Below are positions 15,544-25,226 of a stretch of DNA of 32,000 nucleotides, one piece after another. The position numbers were made by a program, and so were the translations under genes. The notes beneath the pieces are model-generated. The model was not told the origin of the DNA and did no database searches. It saw nothing but the letters and a program-made list of their open reading frames with translations. How positions within the stretch are numbered: position 1 is the first letter of the stretch; every line of letters begins with the position of its first letter. Source of the stretch: Candidatus Electrothrix yaqonensis (GTDB taxonomy: Bacteria; Desulfobacterota; Desulfobulbia; Desulfobulbales; Desulfobulbaceae). The DNA is taken from the NCBI GenBank assembly GCA_047651235.1, contig CP178758.1:1530001-1562000 (forward strand), written 5' to 3'.

Positions 15544-16544
15544 TTCTACTTTGTCAACCATAACCTTTTGATCTATTTGTAAAAACTTCTTGCAATATCC
15601 GGATAAAGTTGTATCTTTCATTAGGAAGATTTTATCGCTTTTTGATCAAGCTAGCACCTGATAACAGCTATCAAAAAAATACCCGTCAATCGCCCTGATT
15701 ATAACTTTATTCTTTTTATGAACGCTCCCAGCCCCGAAAAAAGAAGTCCCCATGACAAATTCTTTGAGTTGACCGGCATCGCCCGGCAACTTACGTCTTT
15801 TCACGAAAGATATCATCATTTTTTTAAGAGACATACGGTAAGTTTGTCAGATAAAGCATTCCAATACTTGAAAGGTTTATTCCAGTCTGACAAAAAAACA
15901 TGGAACGTATGGAGGAAAAGGTTCCGGGCGTTAAATATGAGCCCCTCCAGTATTTTCTTTCCGACTCGAACTGGGATTGGCGTCCTGTAAACAACCAAGT
16001 AGCTAAAGATGCGGATAACATTTTTGGAGGAAAGGAAGATAGCGCTCTTTTTATTGATGAATCCGGGATGCCCAAAAAGGGGAAGATGTCTGTCGGGGTT
16101 TCTCGTCAATGGTGCGGGCAGCTTGGTAAAACCGACAACTGTCAGGTAGCAGTGTTCGCGACTTTGGGATATGGCCGTTTTTCCACGCCAATCGACTATC
16201 GGCTGTATTTACCGAAAAGCTGGACGGATGACAAGGAACGTTGTCTTAAGGCTAAGGCTCGGGGATGGCTGGCTTGGCATCATCATATGACTATGGTCAT
16301 GATGGCCATGTTGTTTATGGTCGAGCAACGATTATACCATCAAGTCGGTGTCCCGTTATTGAGTTGCGCTGATATAACAACATTACTCAAGTCAATTCTT
16401 CCACGTCGAGATGTAAACGAAGATGAAGTTATAAGACAGCTTCGTCAACGGCATGAAAAGAGGCAAGCTTCGATTGATTTCGCATATGAGAAACAACCGA
16501 ATTGCAAATTATTACCACAGCCTTTGTGAGTGCCAAAGTAGAAG
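15544..16544 (+). mobile_element. IS701-family element copy C: both ends present, internal deletion derivative (about 1 kb)
   Basis: The ends are TTCTACTTTGTCAACC (15544-) and GTGCCAAAGTAGAAG (-16544). The 209-aa ORF fuses the N-terminal 116 residues directly to the C-terminal ARGWLAWHHH... segment, so the catalytic core is missing. Confidence 0.85.
15718..16529 (+). pseudogene. IS701-family transposase, internally deleted (frames 15718-15990 and 15900-16529 joined at an A7 run)
   Basis: It has the same N-terminal motifs as copy A, and the A7 run lies at 15892-15898. The deletion junction is at about 16248-16262 (ERCLKAKARGWLAWHHH). Confidence 0.8.
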
Positions 16545-16752
16545 TAACCATCGGCTTCTGTTTGATGCTGATGGTCTTGATCAGCTTGATATAGCTGCGA
16601 GTAATACAAGGGAGAATTGAGGCTCTATCCAAATCGATTGTCCACGCATTGTGCCGAGATCCAAGCTCTGCCTAAAGGCTGTTCGTTCAGCCCTTTGATG
16701 AGCTTCAGAAACTCAGAACGGTGTAACATCAGCTTTTCCCGGAAAAGATGTA

Positions 16753-17532
16753 ATGTTGGAACAGTATCCGATAGCTGCCCCGCAGGACAGACTGCACTGC
16801 ATTCGCTCCAGCCTTCTTGCCGGGATCCCGCACGGCATGTTCTGCTGCGGCGGTGGGGTGAGCAGACCGCCTTTTGCTGGACTGAATCTCAGTTCTACTG
16901 TCGGCGATTCCCCTGTTGCAGTCCGTCGGAACAGAGAACGGGTAAAACAGGTTCTGGGTATCCGGCATCTTGCCTCGGCAATCCAGGTGCACGGCCGCCG
17001 AATCGCCCTGGTTGCAACAAATACTGCAGATCAGGAATACGCAGATACGGATGCGTTGATAACCAATCAGAGCGGGGTGGGACTGCTTATTCAGCAGGCT
17101 GACTGTCAGGCTGTTTTACTGCATGACCCGCAGCGGAAGGCCATAGCTGCGATCCATAACGGCTGGAGAGGCAGTGCGGCAAATATTCTTGCAGCAACAG
17201 TCAGAGCGTTGGAGGAAAATTTCCGTGTGCATCCGGCAGATCTCAGAGCGGTTATCAGTCCGTCTCTGGGCCCCTGTTGCTCGGAGTTCCTTCATTATGC
17301 CGAAGAACTGCCGGAGACGTTGCACAGATACCAAGTCAAGGAAAATTATTTTGATTTTTGGGCGATCAGCCGCAGGCAGCTTGCTGATGCAGGAGTGCGG
17401 AGTGAATATATTGAAACCGTGGGAGTCTGCACGGTGTGCAACCGGAACTTCTTTTCGTACCGCAGGGCAATGCGGCAGCCGGAAAGTACCGGAAAAACCG
17501 GTCGGAACGGATCCGTTATCTCATTACCGTAG
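16753..17532 (+). CDS. pgeF: YfiH/PgeF-family protein (DUF152, laccase-domain / peptidoglycan editing factor)
   Basis: 259 aa. Contains DALITNQSGVGLLIQQADCQAVLL, IAAIHNGWRG, SPSLGPCCSEF and CTVCN..FFSYRR, the conserved His/Cys motifs of the family. Confidence 0.85.
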   Translation: MLEQYPIAAPQDRLHCIRSSLLAGIPHGMFCCGGGVSRPPFAGLNLSSTVGDSPVAVRRNRERVKQVLGIRHLASAIQVHGRRIALVATNTADQEYADTDALITNQSGVGLLIQQADCQAVLLHDPQRKAIAAIHNGWRGSAANILAATVRALEENFRVHPADLRAVISPSLGPCCSEFLHYAEELPETLHRYQVKENYFDFWAISRRQLADAGVRSEYIETVGVCTVCNRNFFSYRRAMRQPESTGKTGRNGSVISLP

Positions 17533-17768
17533 CAGTATTGTAAAAGTAACTTTTCCCCTGTTATGGTTCCGGTGCTGAAGCGCCGGGAGAAAAGACTCAT
17601 TTTGTTCCGATGGGCAGTATAACTCTGATCCTTCTATATCGATATCCCTGTTTTACCGAAGGGCCGGTGAATCCGTTCAGGACATAGCCACAGGAAAAAT
17701 CGATCAGAAACAATTTAGGGTGCGCCATGTACATTCCACAATCAGTCAGTAATCGGTTATAAGCAGGA

Positions 17769-18518
17769 TTATTCTTCCGGCTCCTCCCCCTCCTGCCCGC
17801 TGTACCAGAGGAACTTCCTACACACCCCGCGAATCAAGCTGGCCTCTTTCTTCTTGATCTTGGTCCGGCTGAGAAACTGGCGGATATTGCGCATCCAGTA
17901 GGTTCTGTTGGTGTGGCGAATAAAGGTGATCCTGCTGAGCGCCTCCTCGATATGCTCGTACATGCCTTCCAGATCATAGGAGTTGGCATAGACACCTTCC
18001 TTGTCCGATTTTTCTTCCTGATTGACCGCCCTGGACAGCTCGTAGCAGTGGATGGCCACGGCCTGGGCCAGATTGAGCGAGGAGAAATCCGCAGTGGGGA
18101 TGGTGGAGGTGAATTGACAGAAGTCGAGGTCTTCGTTGGTCAGGCCGGTATTTTCCGGGCCGAACATCAGGGCTGTCTGATGTCCGGCAGTCAGCGGGAC
18201 CAGCTCGGCCATGGCCTGATCCGGGGTATTTTCCAGTACCCGGTGTTTGCCCCGGCGCGCGGTTGTGCCGACAATAAAATGATACGGAGCTGCTGCTTCG
18301 CGGGTCGTGGCAACGAACTGGAGATTATGGATGAGATGGGCCGCCTTGTGGGTGGCCATTTTCAGCATCCGGGCCTGATCCGGCAGCTCATCAGCAACCA
18401 CGCTGAGCTGCTCAATCCCGAAGTTGCAGGCGATACGGGCAGAGGCCCCGATATTTTCCGGATATTTGGGCCGGACCAGGATAATACCGGTGCCGGGCAG
18501 CGCGTTGACAGGCTCCAT
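17769..18518 (-). CDS. trmJ: SpoU/TrmH-family RNA 2'-O-methyltransferase, TrmJ/LasT-like
   Basis: 249 aa. Contains ILVRPKYPENIGASARIACNFG, ALMFGPENTGLTNEDL and IPTADFSSLNLAQAVAIHCYEL, the SPOUT motifs. Confidence 0.8.
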   Translation of the reverse strand: MEPVNALPGTGIILVRPKYPENIGASARIACNFGIEQLSVVADELPDQARMLKMATHKAAHLIHNLQFVATTREAAAPYHFIVGTTARRGKHRVLENTPDQAMAELVPLTAGHQTALMFGPENTGLTNEDLDFCQFTSTIPTADFSSLNLAQAVAIHCYELSRAVNQEEKSDKEGVYANSYDLEGMYEHIEEALSRITFIRHTNRTYWMRNIRQFLSRTKIKKKEASLIRGVCRKFLWYSGQEGEEPEE

Positions 18519-18531
18519 TATTTACAAATAG

Positions 18532-19053
18532 TTACAGATTGGCCGGATCTTCCAGCTCAAGATGCCGGTTCTTCGGTTTCTTTTCTTCGGAAGCAGAATA
18601 CGAGGCAGGCGATGATCCGGTCATCCGTTTAAAAAAGGGCAGCAGACCTTTTTCCGCTTTGCGCATCTCCTCTTCCGCCTCTTTCAGGGTGATCTGCCAG
18701 GCCGGGGCAAAGCCGGGAGATTTTTCAAACATGGTTTCCACTGCCTTCTGATAAACCTGGGCCTGCCGGATCTCCTGTTTGCCCGGTTTCTGATTCAGCA
18801 CCTGAATCATGTTGCGCAGGTTGTCCCGTTCCTGGCGGAGCTGGGTCATCTCCTGCTTGCGACGTTCATTATCTGCGGACTCAATCTCGAATTTGGTGTG
18901 CAGATGCTCACGCAGTTTTTTGATGTCCGCATACAGCCCCCGCACTTTGATCAGAGAGCGGACCCAGAGGATCAGGGCAATGAGCAGGCCGATAATCAGG
19001 CCGCGTAAAAAGAGATTGCCGAACACCATTGCAAGCCAGCTTGTTTCTTCCAT
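18532..19053 (-). CDS. Membrane-anchored coiled-coil protein, function unknown
   Basis: 173 aa with one N-terminal hydrophobic helix (LRGLIIGLLIALILWV) followed by a charged heptad-like region. It sits between rnr and trmJ on the same strand with short gaps. Confidence 0.6.
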   Translation of the reverse strand: MEETSWLAMVFGNLFLRGLIIGLLIALILWVRSLIKVRGLYADIKKLREHLHTKFEIESADNERRKQEMTQLRQERDNLRNMIQVLNQKPGKQEIRQAQVYQKAVETMFEKSPGFAPAWQITLKEAEEEMRKAEKGLLPFFKRMTGSSPASYSASEEKKPKNRHLELEDPANL

Positions 19054-19138
19054 GAGATACCTCGTCTGTTCGTCTTACCGTGTTAATTATCGGGAGTATA
19101 GAAACATATTTTTATTTGAATTCATCCCCTTCGTCAAG

Positions 19139-21373
19139 CTATTCCGCACCCTGTGCCGCAAGGGAGAAGGTTATTTTTCTGCTCAGCATATCCACATGGT
19201 CGAGCCGCACCAGGACCAGATCACCCAGCCGGTACTGCCTGCCTGTCCGCTCGCCGACCAGCTGATGCTGCTTTTCGTTGTACCGGTAATAATCGTCCTC
19301 CATATCCTTGACCGGCACAGCGCCGCTGATCAGGCAATCAACCAGCTCGACAAACAGGCCGAAACCGGTCACCCCGGAGATCACCGCATCAAATTCCTCC
19401 GTGATTTTATCGCGCAGAAACAGGGCGGCAAGTCGGGCCTGGACACTGCGCTCCGCATCCACAGCCACCCGTTCACGAGCGGAGAGAAAGGTGCCTGCCT
19501 CTTCGGGGCTGAGTGTATCAGGCAATATCCTGCTCTGCCTTCCTTTGCTCCTTTTATTCTTTCCGGGATTTTTCCTGGCCAGCAGATGCTGCAGCACCCG
19601 ATGGACCACCAGATCCGGATAGCGGCGGATGGGCGAGGTAAAATGCAGGTAGTATTCTGCAGCCAGGCCGAAATGCCCCAGATTCTGCGGCGTGTACCGG
19701 GCCCGCTGCATGGTGCGGAGCAGGAGGTTGTTGACCACATATTCGGCCGGAGAATCGTTGGCCGCTGCCAGCGCTCCGGCAAACCAGGCAGGCGTAACCT
19801 CGGTTCTGGGGAGCTGAAGGCCCAACGATCCGGCCAGCTCGGCAAAATCCTTCACCTTGTCCGCATCCGGGTCTTCATGCACCCGGAAAAGCACCGGCAC
19901 TCCGGCCCGGTCAAGGGTCTCTGCCACGGCCTCATTGGCCGCCAGCATAAATTCCTCAATCAGCAGATGGGCCTGATTGCGTTTGAGCCGACTGACCGCA
20001 GCAACAGCGTCATCCTCCAAGCGGATTTCAGCCTCCGGAATGGTGAATCCGAGAGAGCCGCGCCTGATCCGCTGTTCCTGAAGCAGGGCAGCCAGCTGTT
20101 TCGCCTTTTCCAGCATGGGCAGCAGGGATTTATGCTGCCGCCGTACTTCCCTGTCTTGCAGATAAATGGCCTCATTGACCGTATCGTAGGTGAACCGCTG
20201 ATGGCTGCGGATCAGGCTTCGGGTGAATTTTTCACTGATCCGCCTGCCCTGCTGGTCAAACTCCATAATTGCGGTAAAGGCCGGGCGGTCTTGGTCAGGG
20301 ACCAAGGAGCAGAGGTCGTTGGAGAGCCGTTCCGGCAGCATGGGCAGAACCATGTCAGGCAGATAGACGCTGGTGCCCCGCTGATAGGCTTCCCGGTCAA
20401 TGGCTGATCCCGGCTGCACGTAATGGCTGACATCGGCAATGGAGACAAATAGTCGGAAACCCTTTTTTGTCTTCTGCACCACAACAGCATCATCAAAATC
20501 CTTGGCTGTTGCCCCGTCAATGGTAACGTGCCGCAGATAGCGGAGGTCTTTTCTGCCCGGCTCCGGCTCAGTCAGAGGGATGAGGGCAGCTGCGGCCTGC
20601 TCTACCTCGGTAGGAAAGGAACGGGGCAGGCTGAACTGTTCGATTGCCAAACGGAGCTGCACCTGTACGGAATCCGGCGGCCCCAATATTTCCACGATCC
20701 GACCGATTGGCGGTCGCTGTCCGGTGCCGTAATCCAGAATTTCCGCCACCACGGCCATGCCGTCTTCGGCCTGCATATCGTCCGGCCGTCGGATCTGGAC
20801 CGTAAAGGGCAGCTTATCGTTATCCGGCGTCACAGAGCCGGTATTCTTGCCACTCATGTAGACACCACAGATATGGGTGAAGGCCCGTTCTTCCACCTGC
20901 ACAACTTCCCCTTCAGGCCGTCTGACCGAGCGGCCGGTCAGCTGCACCTGGACGGTGTCACCATGCGTTGCTCCTTTCATAGCCGAGGCCGGGATAAAGA
21001 TATCTTTCTGCTGTCTGGCAATATCTCCCTCCCGGACAGCAAAGCCGAATCCTTTGGCAGTCAGGGAGAGCGTGGCTTTAATCGGCTTTCCTCCGCCTGC
21101 TGTCTGCCAGCGCTGTTTTTTCTGCTGCAGCCGTCCATTTTTTTCCAGACCGGCAAGGATTTCTTTGATGCTTTTCCGGGACGCTCCCTTTGGTGCGCAA
21201 TCCTGCATGATGGTGTCCAGAGAAACCGGTCGGCTCTGTTTATGGAGAAAAGACAGGAGCCTGTCGCTCAGAGGAAGCTCTCTTCCCTGCCGTCTTTCCT
21301 GCCGATTCTGTCCTCCCGGATGTGCTCTGTCTTTATGCCCTCTGTATTGTGTTTGCTTTTTTTTCTTTGCCAT
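19139..21373 (-). CDS. rnr: Ribonuclease R (RNB family 3'-5' exoribonuclease with C-terminal S1 domain)
   Basis: 744 aa. The RNB motifs are TIDGATAKDFDDAV, SIADVSHYV, RGTSVYLPDMVLPMLPE and HFGLAAEYYLHFTSPIRRYPDL. The S1 region is GVISGVTGFGLFVEL. Confidence 0.95.
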   Translation of the reverse strand: MAKKKKQTQYRGHKDRAHPGGQNRQERRQGRELPLSDRLLSFLHKQSRPVSLDTIMQDCAPKGASRKSIKEILAGLEKNGRLQQKKQRWQTAGGGKPIKATLSLTAKGFGFAVREGDIARQQKDIFIPASAMKGATHGDTVQVQLTGRSVRRPEGEVVQVEERAFTHICGVYMSGKNTGSVTPDNDKLPFTVQIRRPDDMQAEDGMAVVAEILDYGTGQRPPIGRIVEILGPPDSVQVQLRLAIEQFSLPRSFPTEVEQAAAALIPLTEPEPGRKDLRYLRHVTIDGATAKDFDDAVVVQKTKKGFRLFVSIADVSHYVQPGSAIDREAYQRGTSVYLPDMVLPMLPERLSNDLCSLVPDQDRPAFTAIMEFDQQGRRISEKFTRSLIRSHQRFTYDTVNEAIYLQDREVRRQHKSLLPMLEKAKQLAALLQEQRIRRGSLGFTIPEAEIRLEDDAVAAVSRLKRNQAHLLIEEFMLAANEAVAETLDRAGVPVLFRVHEDPDADKVKDFAELAGSLGLQLPRTEVTPAWFAGALAAANDSPAEYVVNNLLLRTMQRARYTPQNLGHFGLAAEYYLHFTSPIRRYPDLVVHRVLQHLLARKNPGKNKRSKGRQSRILPDTLSPEEAGTFLSARERVAVDAERSVQARLAALFLRDKITEEFDAVISGVTGFGLFVELVDCLISGAVPVKDMEDDYYRYNEKQHQLVGERTGRQYRLGDLVLVRLDHVDMLSRKITFSLAAQGAE

Positions 21374-21560
21374 ACATTTTCCGGCTCCGCCTCGTCCACC
21401 CGTTTCCGGGGCAGAGCGGAGCAGATTTTTCCCTCTTTGTTTCGGTTGAGTCCAGTTCAGTTCGGTTCAGTAATCCTGGTTTGCTTATCACGGATTGTAG
21501 TGTACATTACTCTTCGGTAAATAAAAACGTCTAAGTAAAGGCCAGGTAAAGGAACAGCAC

Positions 21561-23663
21561 ATGGGGCAGTTTGATCTTAAAGGGTACCGACAGGAAATGG
21601 CGTCGTTTATCGGCACGGGAGATGACACTTTGGTGTTCTGCAATGCGCTGGATTTTTCTGTTGCCGCCCATGAGGGCCAGATGCGGAAATCCGGTGATCC
21701 GTACATTGTCCATCCCTGCGCAACAGCCCGTATCCTGGCCGAAGAAATGGAGATCAGGAACTGCGAAATTCTGGCTGCTGCCCTGCTCCATGATACGATT
21801 GAGGATGTGGAGGAGATCACTGCGGAGACTCTTGAAGAACGATTCGGTGCCCATGTGGCAGCGATTGTTGTCGGTTGTACCAAGGTAAAACATCACAGCG
21901 GTGACAAACAGGCTCTGAAAAAACTCGTGCACCGCAGGCTGTTTACCGGAGCAGCAGTCAGGCCGGAGGTCATGGTGGTCAAGCTGGCCGACCGGATGCA
22001 CAACCTGCGTACCCTCGGTTCCATGCCGCGCCGAAAACGGCAGCGTATTGCCGAAGAAACCCTAGATTTTTATGCTCCCCTTGCCACCATTCTCGGCCTG
22101 TTTGCCTTGAAGCGCGAACTGTACACCCGTGCCCTTGCTTATAAGTTTCCAAAACAGGGGCAAAAACTGAAACAGCATATCGACAGGCTGGCAAACAATC
22201 CTGAACTGGCAGCCCTGACCGACAACCTGAAAAATTCCCTGACAGCAGCCGGGGTCAACGGTCAGGTGTCTGTCCGGACCAAGGGACTATGGGGTTATTA
22301 TGATATCAAAAATCAAATCCTGAAAAAAGAACTGGAGGTGCCTCAGGAGATTCTGATCAGAGTGGAAAAGCGGACCTGCTGCTACAAGGCACTCGGCGTC
22401 CTTAACGAACTTTATCCCCCTATCCCGCGGACTATCCGTGATTTTATTGCCAACCCCAAGCCCACTGGTTATCAGGGGATTCATGCACGGGCCATTGTTG
22501 AGGGCAATAAATATCTGTTCAAAATCCGTACCGAAGAAATGGCCCGCAGGGCCCGGCACGGCCTGGTGAAGGACTGGAATCCCAATGAAAAAAAACAGGG
22601 TCGTTTTATTCATGAAATTCAGGAGATGTTTGAGATCCTCGGCAACAACGAGGCGGTTTCCTATCGGGATATGATTGCCGCCGGAGGACGCAAGGAGATC
22701 TACACCTACACCCCGCAGGGCGACCTTATCTGCCTGCCGGTGAACTCGGTTGTCCTAGATTTCGCTTTCCGCATCCATACGGACATCGGGCACAGCTGCA
22801 TTGGCGCCATTATTGGCGAACGCAGGGTCGGGCCGGATCAGGTGCTGAAGGACGGCAATGTGGTCAACATTCTCCGGCAGACCAGACCAGTCGATTTTGA
22901 ACTGCATATACAGACCTGCTGCCAGACCCCGCGCGCCCGCAGCGAGCTGGCCAAGGCCTTCCGCAAACGGATACAGACAGTTTCCGTGGAAACCGGTCGG
23001 GCCGTGCTGGAACAGGAAATGCGCCGTTACGGGCTTTCTTTTGATCTGCTGGACCGGCCGGCCGTGGAGAACCTGCTGGTCTATTTCAACATCAATTCCA
23101 AAGAAGAACTGTTGCAGGAAGTAGGCCAGGGGCAGATCCGGATGCGGGAGCTGATTTATGAAATTCGTCACGGCCTGCGGATGTGGACCCAAGAATTTCT
23201 GCCGCAGCCGACCGGCATCCTGAACCGTATCGAACTGACCACGGTTGATCCGGTGGTGGTCAAATCATCTGCCTGCTGCCGACCGACCCCTCTGGATAAG
23301 GGAACTGTGGGGCTGCTCAGCAGACGGGGAATTTCACTGCACTGCAAGGACTGTTTTCAGTTGAAAAAGCTGAAATTTCAGCGTGAGGATGCAGTGGAGG
23401 TGCGCTGGAAGATGGCTGCCACACCAGTGAAGAAGCTGCAGAAATTTCTTCTTCAGGCAACAAAGGAAAAGCAGCTTTTCAGTATACTTTCCTTTGCGCC
23501 GGATTCTCTGCATATCACGGATATTCTTCGGAAAGGAAAGAAAATTGCTGCTGTGCCGGACTGGGAGGTGCATTTCACAGTGGCGAATCTTCAGGGGTTG
23601 AAGAAGATCATCCGTCATCTCGACCGGTCAGGCGTCAGGTATCTTTTTGATTTTGAGCAGTAA
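21561..23663 (+). CDS. Long RelA/SpoT homolog (HD hydrolase, SYNTH-like, TGS and ACT-like domains)
   Basis: 700 aa. The HD motifs are intact (HEGQMRKSGDPYIVHP, LLHDTIED, KLADRMHNLRTL). A synthetase-like region is present but divergent (see findings). The TGS segment is IYTYTPQGDLICLPVNSVVLDFAFRIHTDIG. Confidence 0.85.
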   Translation: MGQFDLKGYRQEMASFIGTGDDTLVFCNALDFSVAAHEGQMRKSGDPYIVHPCATARILAEEMEIRNCEILAAALLHDTIEDVEEITAETLEERFGAHVAAIVVGCTKVKHHSGDKQALKKLVHRRLFTGAAVRPEVMVVKLADRMHNLRTLGSMPRRKRQRIAEETLDFYAPLATILGLFALKRELYTRALAYKFPKQGQKLKQHIDRLANNPELAALTDNLKNSLTAAGVNGQVSVRTKGLWGYYDIKNQILKKELEVPQEILIRVEKRTCCYKALGVLNELYPPIPRTIRDFIANPKPTGYQGIHARAIVEGNKYLFKIRTEEMARRARHGLVKDWNPNEKKQGRFIHEIQEMFEILGNNEAVSYRDMIAAGGRKEIYTYTPQGDLICLPVNSVVLDFAFRIHTDIGHSCIGAIIGERRVGPDQVLKDGNVVNILRQTRPVDFELHIQTCCQTPRARSELAKAFRKRIQTVSVETGRAVLEQEMRRYGLSFDLLDRPAVENLLVYFNINSKEELLQEVGQGQIRMRELIYEIRHGLRMWTQEFLPQPTGILNRIELTTVDPVVVKSSACCRPTPLDKGTVGLLSRRGISLHCKDCFQLKKLKFQREDAVEVRWKMAATPVKKLQKFLLQATKEKQLFSILSFAPDSLHITDILRKGKKIAAVPDWEVHFTVANLQGLKKIIRHLDRSGVRYLFDFEQ

Positions 23664-23672
23664 ACAGACGGT

Positions 23673-23845
23673 ATGAACAGCGACCTGTGTCGTAGAATAA
23701 AAAATCTTTTTGCCCCGATATCCCTGCCGATTTTCTTTCCGGCTGCGATTCTGCTCGGAACAGTGCTGCTGCACGCTCCTTTCAGCTGCCGGGGCAGAGC
23801 GCCTTCTGGCTGGCTGCCTTGTTTACCGCGACTTCTGCAGTCTGT
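23673..23845 (+). pseudogene. 5' remnant of a TrkH/KtrB-family K+ transporter gene (one frameshift, truncated after about 58 codons)
   Basis: The frame of ORF 23673 gives LFAPISLPIFFPAAILLGTVLLHAP (first membrane helix pattern). The adjacent frame continues FQLPGQSAFWLAALFTATSAVC, i.e. the conserved DALFTATSAVCVTGL motif, which breaks off after C at 23845. Confidence 0.6.
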
Positions 23846-24773
23846 TTTGTCTACCTGACGGCTTGGCTGAGCCGATGCCGAATTTCGCACGCGATCTCCC
23901 GTGAATCCTCCGGCGGCACGAGAGCCAGTAGCGGACAAGCAGCCGCGCCGGGAACGAGGGGCCCTTCATCATCCGCCGGAGCTTATTGGCTTGGGGGCCG
24001 TCTGCCTTGAGGCTCCGGCGTGCATCCTTCAGTCTGTAGCCAAGGTGTCTGACGGCTTTACCATACCGGAAATCAAGGTAGTCGTGGTAGAAACCCACCA
24101 GGGGATCGAAAGAGCTGGTTGCATACGAAGTGAAGTATGGCTCGTTGAGATTACTGAGGTTAGGAATCCGATCAGTCCCGAGTCCGCCTGCAGTACCCAT
24201 GGCGTCAAAAATTGCATTCAATGTTCCTCGCAGATTATCCACCAAATCCTCATAGCGGACGTCTATGGCATGGTTGATGTGCGCTCTGTCCTTTTCCCAG
24301 ACCCTATAGCAGTTGATCCAGTGGAGCAGGTGCGTAGATAGCCTCAACCCCACCCATTTGTTGCACGCAAGAGCGACCGCTACCGGATGTCGCCGGACAA
24401 TCACGAACAGCGCCTCAGGGAACAGAGCTTGCAGAAAACGCGTTCGGAGCATGTTGCCCGGGCTCTTCTCGACCAGGAACGCCCTCCCGCTGCTTGCCCA
24501 GTACGGTGTCCATGCTTCAAGAAGAGCAGCCCGACTGCTGTTGCTGACCAGCGACGAAGTTTCGTCAAGGTACGCTGCCGGGTGAAACCCGAAGTAGCCG
24601 ACTCCACCAAGCTCATTGTCGGGGAGGTAGATGCATTGGAGGTGCTGGCCCTCGTCCTTGGAAACACCAGTATCGACGAGCCCTGTGGCCTCAGGATGGT
24701 TGGCAAGCAAATTAGCCAACAGGGTGGTTCCGCTGCGATGTAATCCACCAATAAAGACATGGCGCGGCTTCAT
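23823..24773 (-). CDS. Sulfotransferase-family protein
   Basis: 316 aa. FIGGLHRSGTTLLANLL (5'-PSB P-loop) and VRRHPVAVALA (3'-PB-like). The basic, low-complexity C-terminal tail runs into the antisense of the trkH remnant, so the native 3' end may be lost. Confidence 0.75.
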   Translation of the reverse strand: MKPRHVFIGGLHRSGTTLLANLLANHPEATGLVDTGVSKDEGQHLQCIYLPDNELGGVGYFGFHPAAYLDETSSLVSNSSRAALLEAWTPYWASSGRAFLVEKSPGNMLRTRFLQALFPEALFVIVRRHPVAVALACNKWVGLRLSTHLLHWINCYRVWEKDRAHINHAIDVRYEDLVDNLRGTLNAIFDAMGTAGGLGTDRIPNLSNLNEPYFTSYATSSFDPLVGFYHDYLDFRYGKAVRHLGYRLKDARRSLKADGPQANKLRRMMKGPSFPARLLVRYWLSCRRRIHGRSRAKFGIGSAKPSGRQNRLQKSR

Positions 24774-25226
24774 ACTCTCTCATACCCCAACTGGTTAAAG
24801 AAGCTGTCTCCCGGCAGGAACCGGTCCGGCTAACGATGTTAATAACTGAAAATTTTCCATGCGCTATCGGCAGTAATATATTACCACACTTTCTGATTAT
24901 ACTGATATTAAACTGTGAATGATCAAGAAGTAATGATAGACATTTTTCTTTAAATATCAATATCCTTAGTATTATCTGTTGTGATATTAAAGGTGATAGT
25001 AGTTACGGTTATTACTTTGGTGTTTATTCAATCATACTGAACGGAGAAAGTAAAGGCATTTTTAATCACAGGGCAAAAACGGTTTGCGCAGTGGCGGGGG
25101 ATCGAAGCCCCGAATTCTGCTCAGCATGAGCGGTTCACTTGACTAAGGTCACAGATTCGTGTATTTCTGAGATCAATAATAATTCTGGGAAGTCGGAAAG
25201 ACTCCCTTCAACTTTCAACGAACACA

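Noticed and set aside
15371-16632. Possible small minus-strand gene split by IS701 copy C (57-codon ORF starting 3 nt from the IS end at 15541, and a 29-codon piece at 16546-16632)
   Set aside because: The two pieces join in frame only under one specific assumption about the IS boundaries and zero target duplication. Neither piece has recognisable motifs. There is too little evidence to call a gene.
17913-21520. Long plus-strand ORFs (239, 532 and 330 aa) opposite trmJ, the coiled-coil gene and rnr
   Set aside because: They are antisense shadow ORFs of well-supported genes. They have no motifs, Arg/Gly/Pro-rich compositions and no RBS context.
25095-25112. tRNA T-arm-like hairpin (CGGGG-GATCGAAG-CCCCG) that could mark an island attachment site
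   Set aside because: No acceptor stem, anticodon arm or CCA context could be built around it. It also lies in the middle of the island rather than at a boundary.
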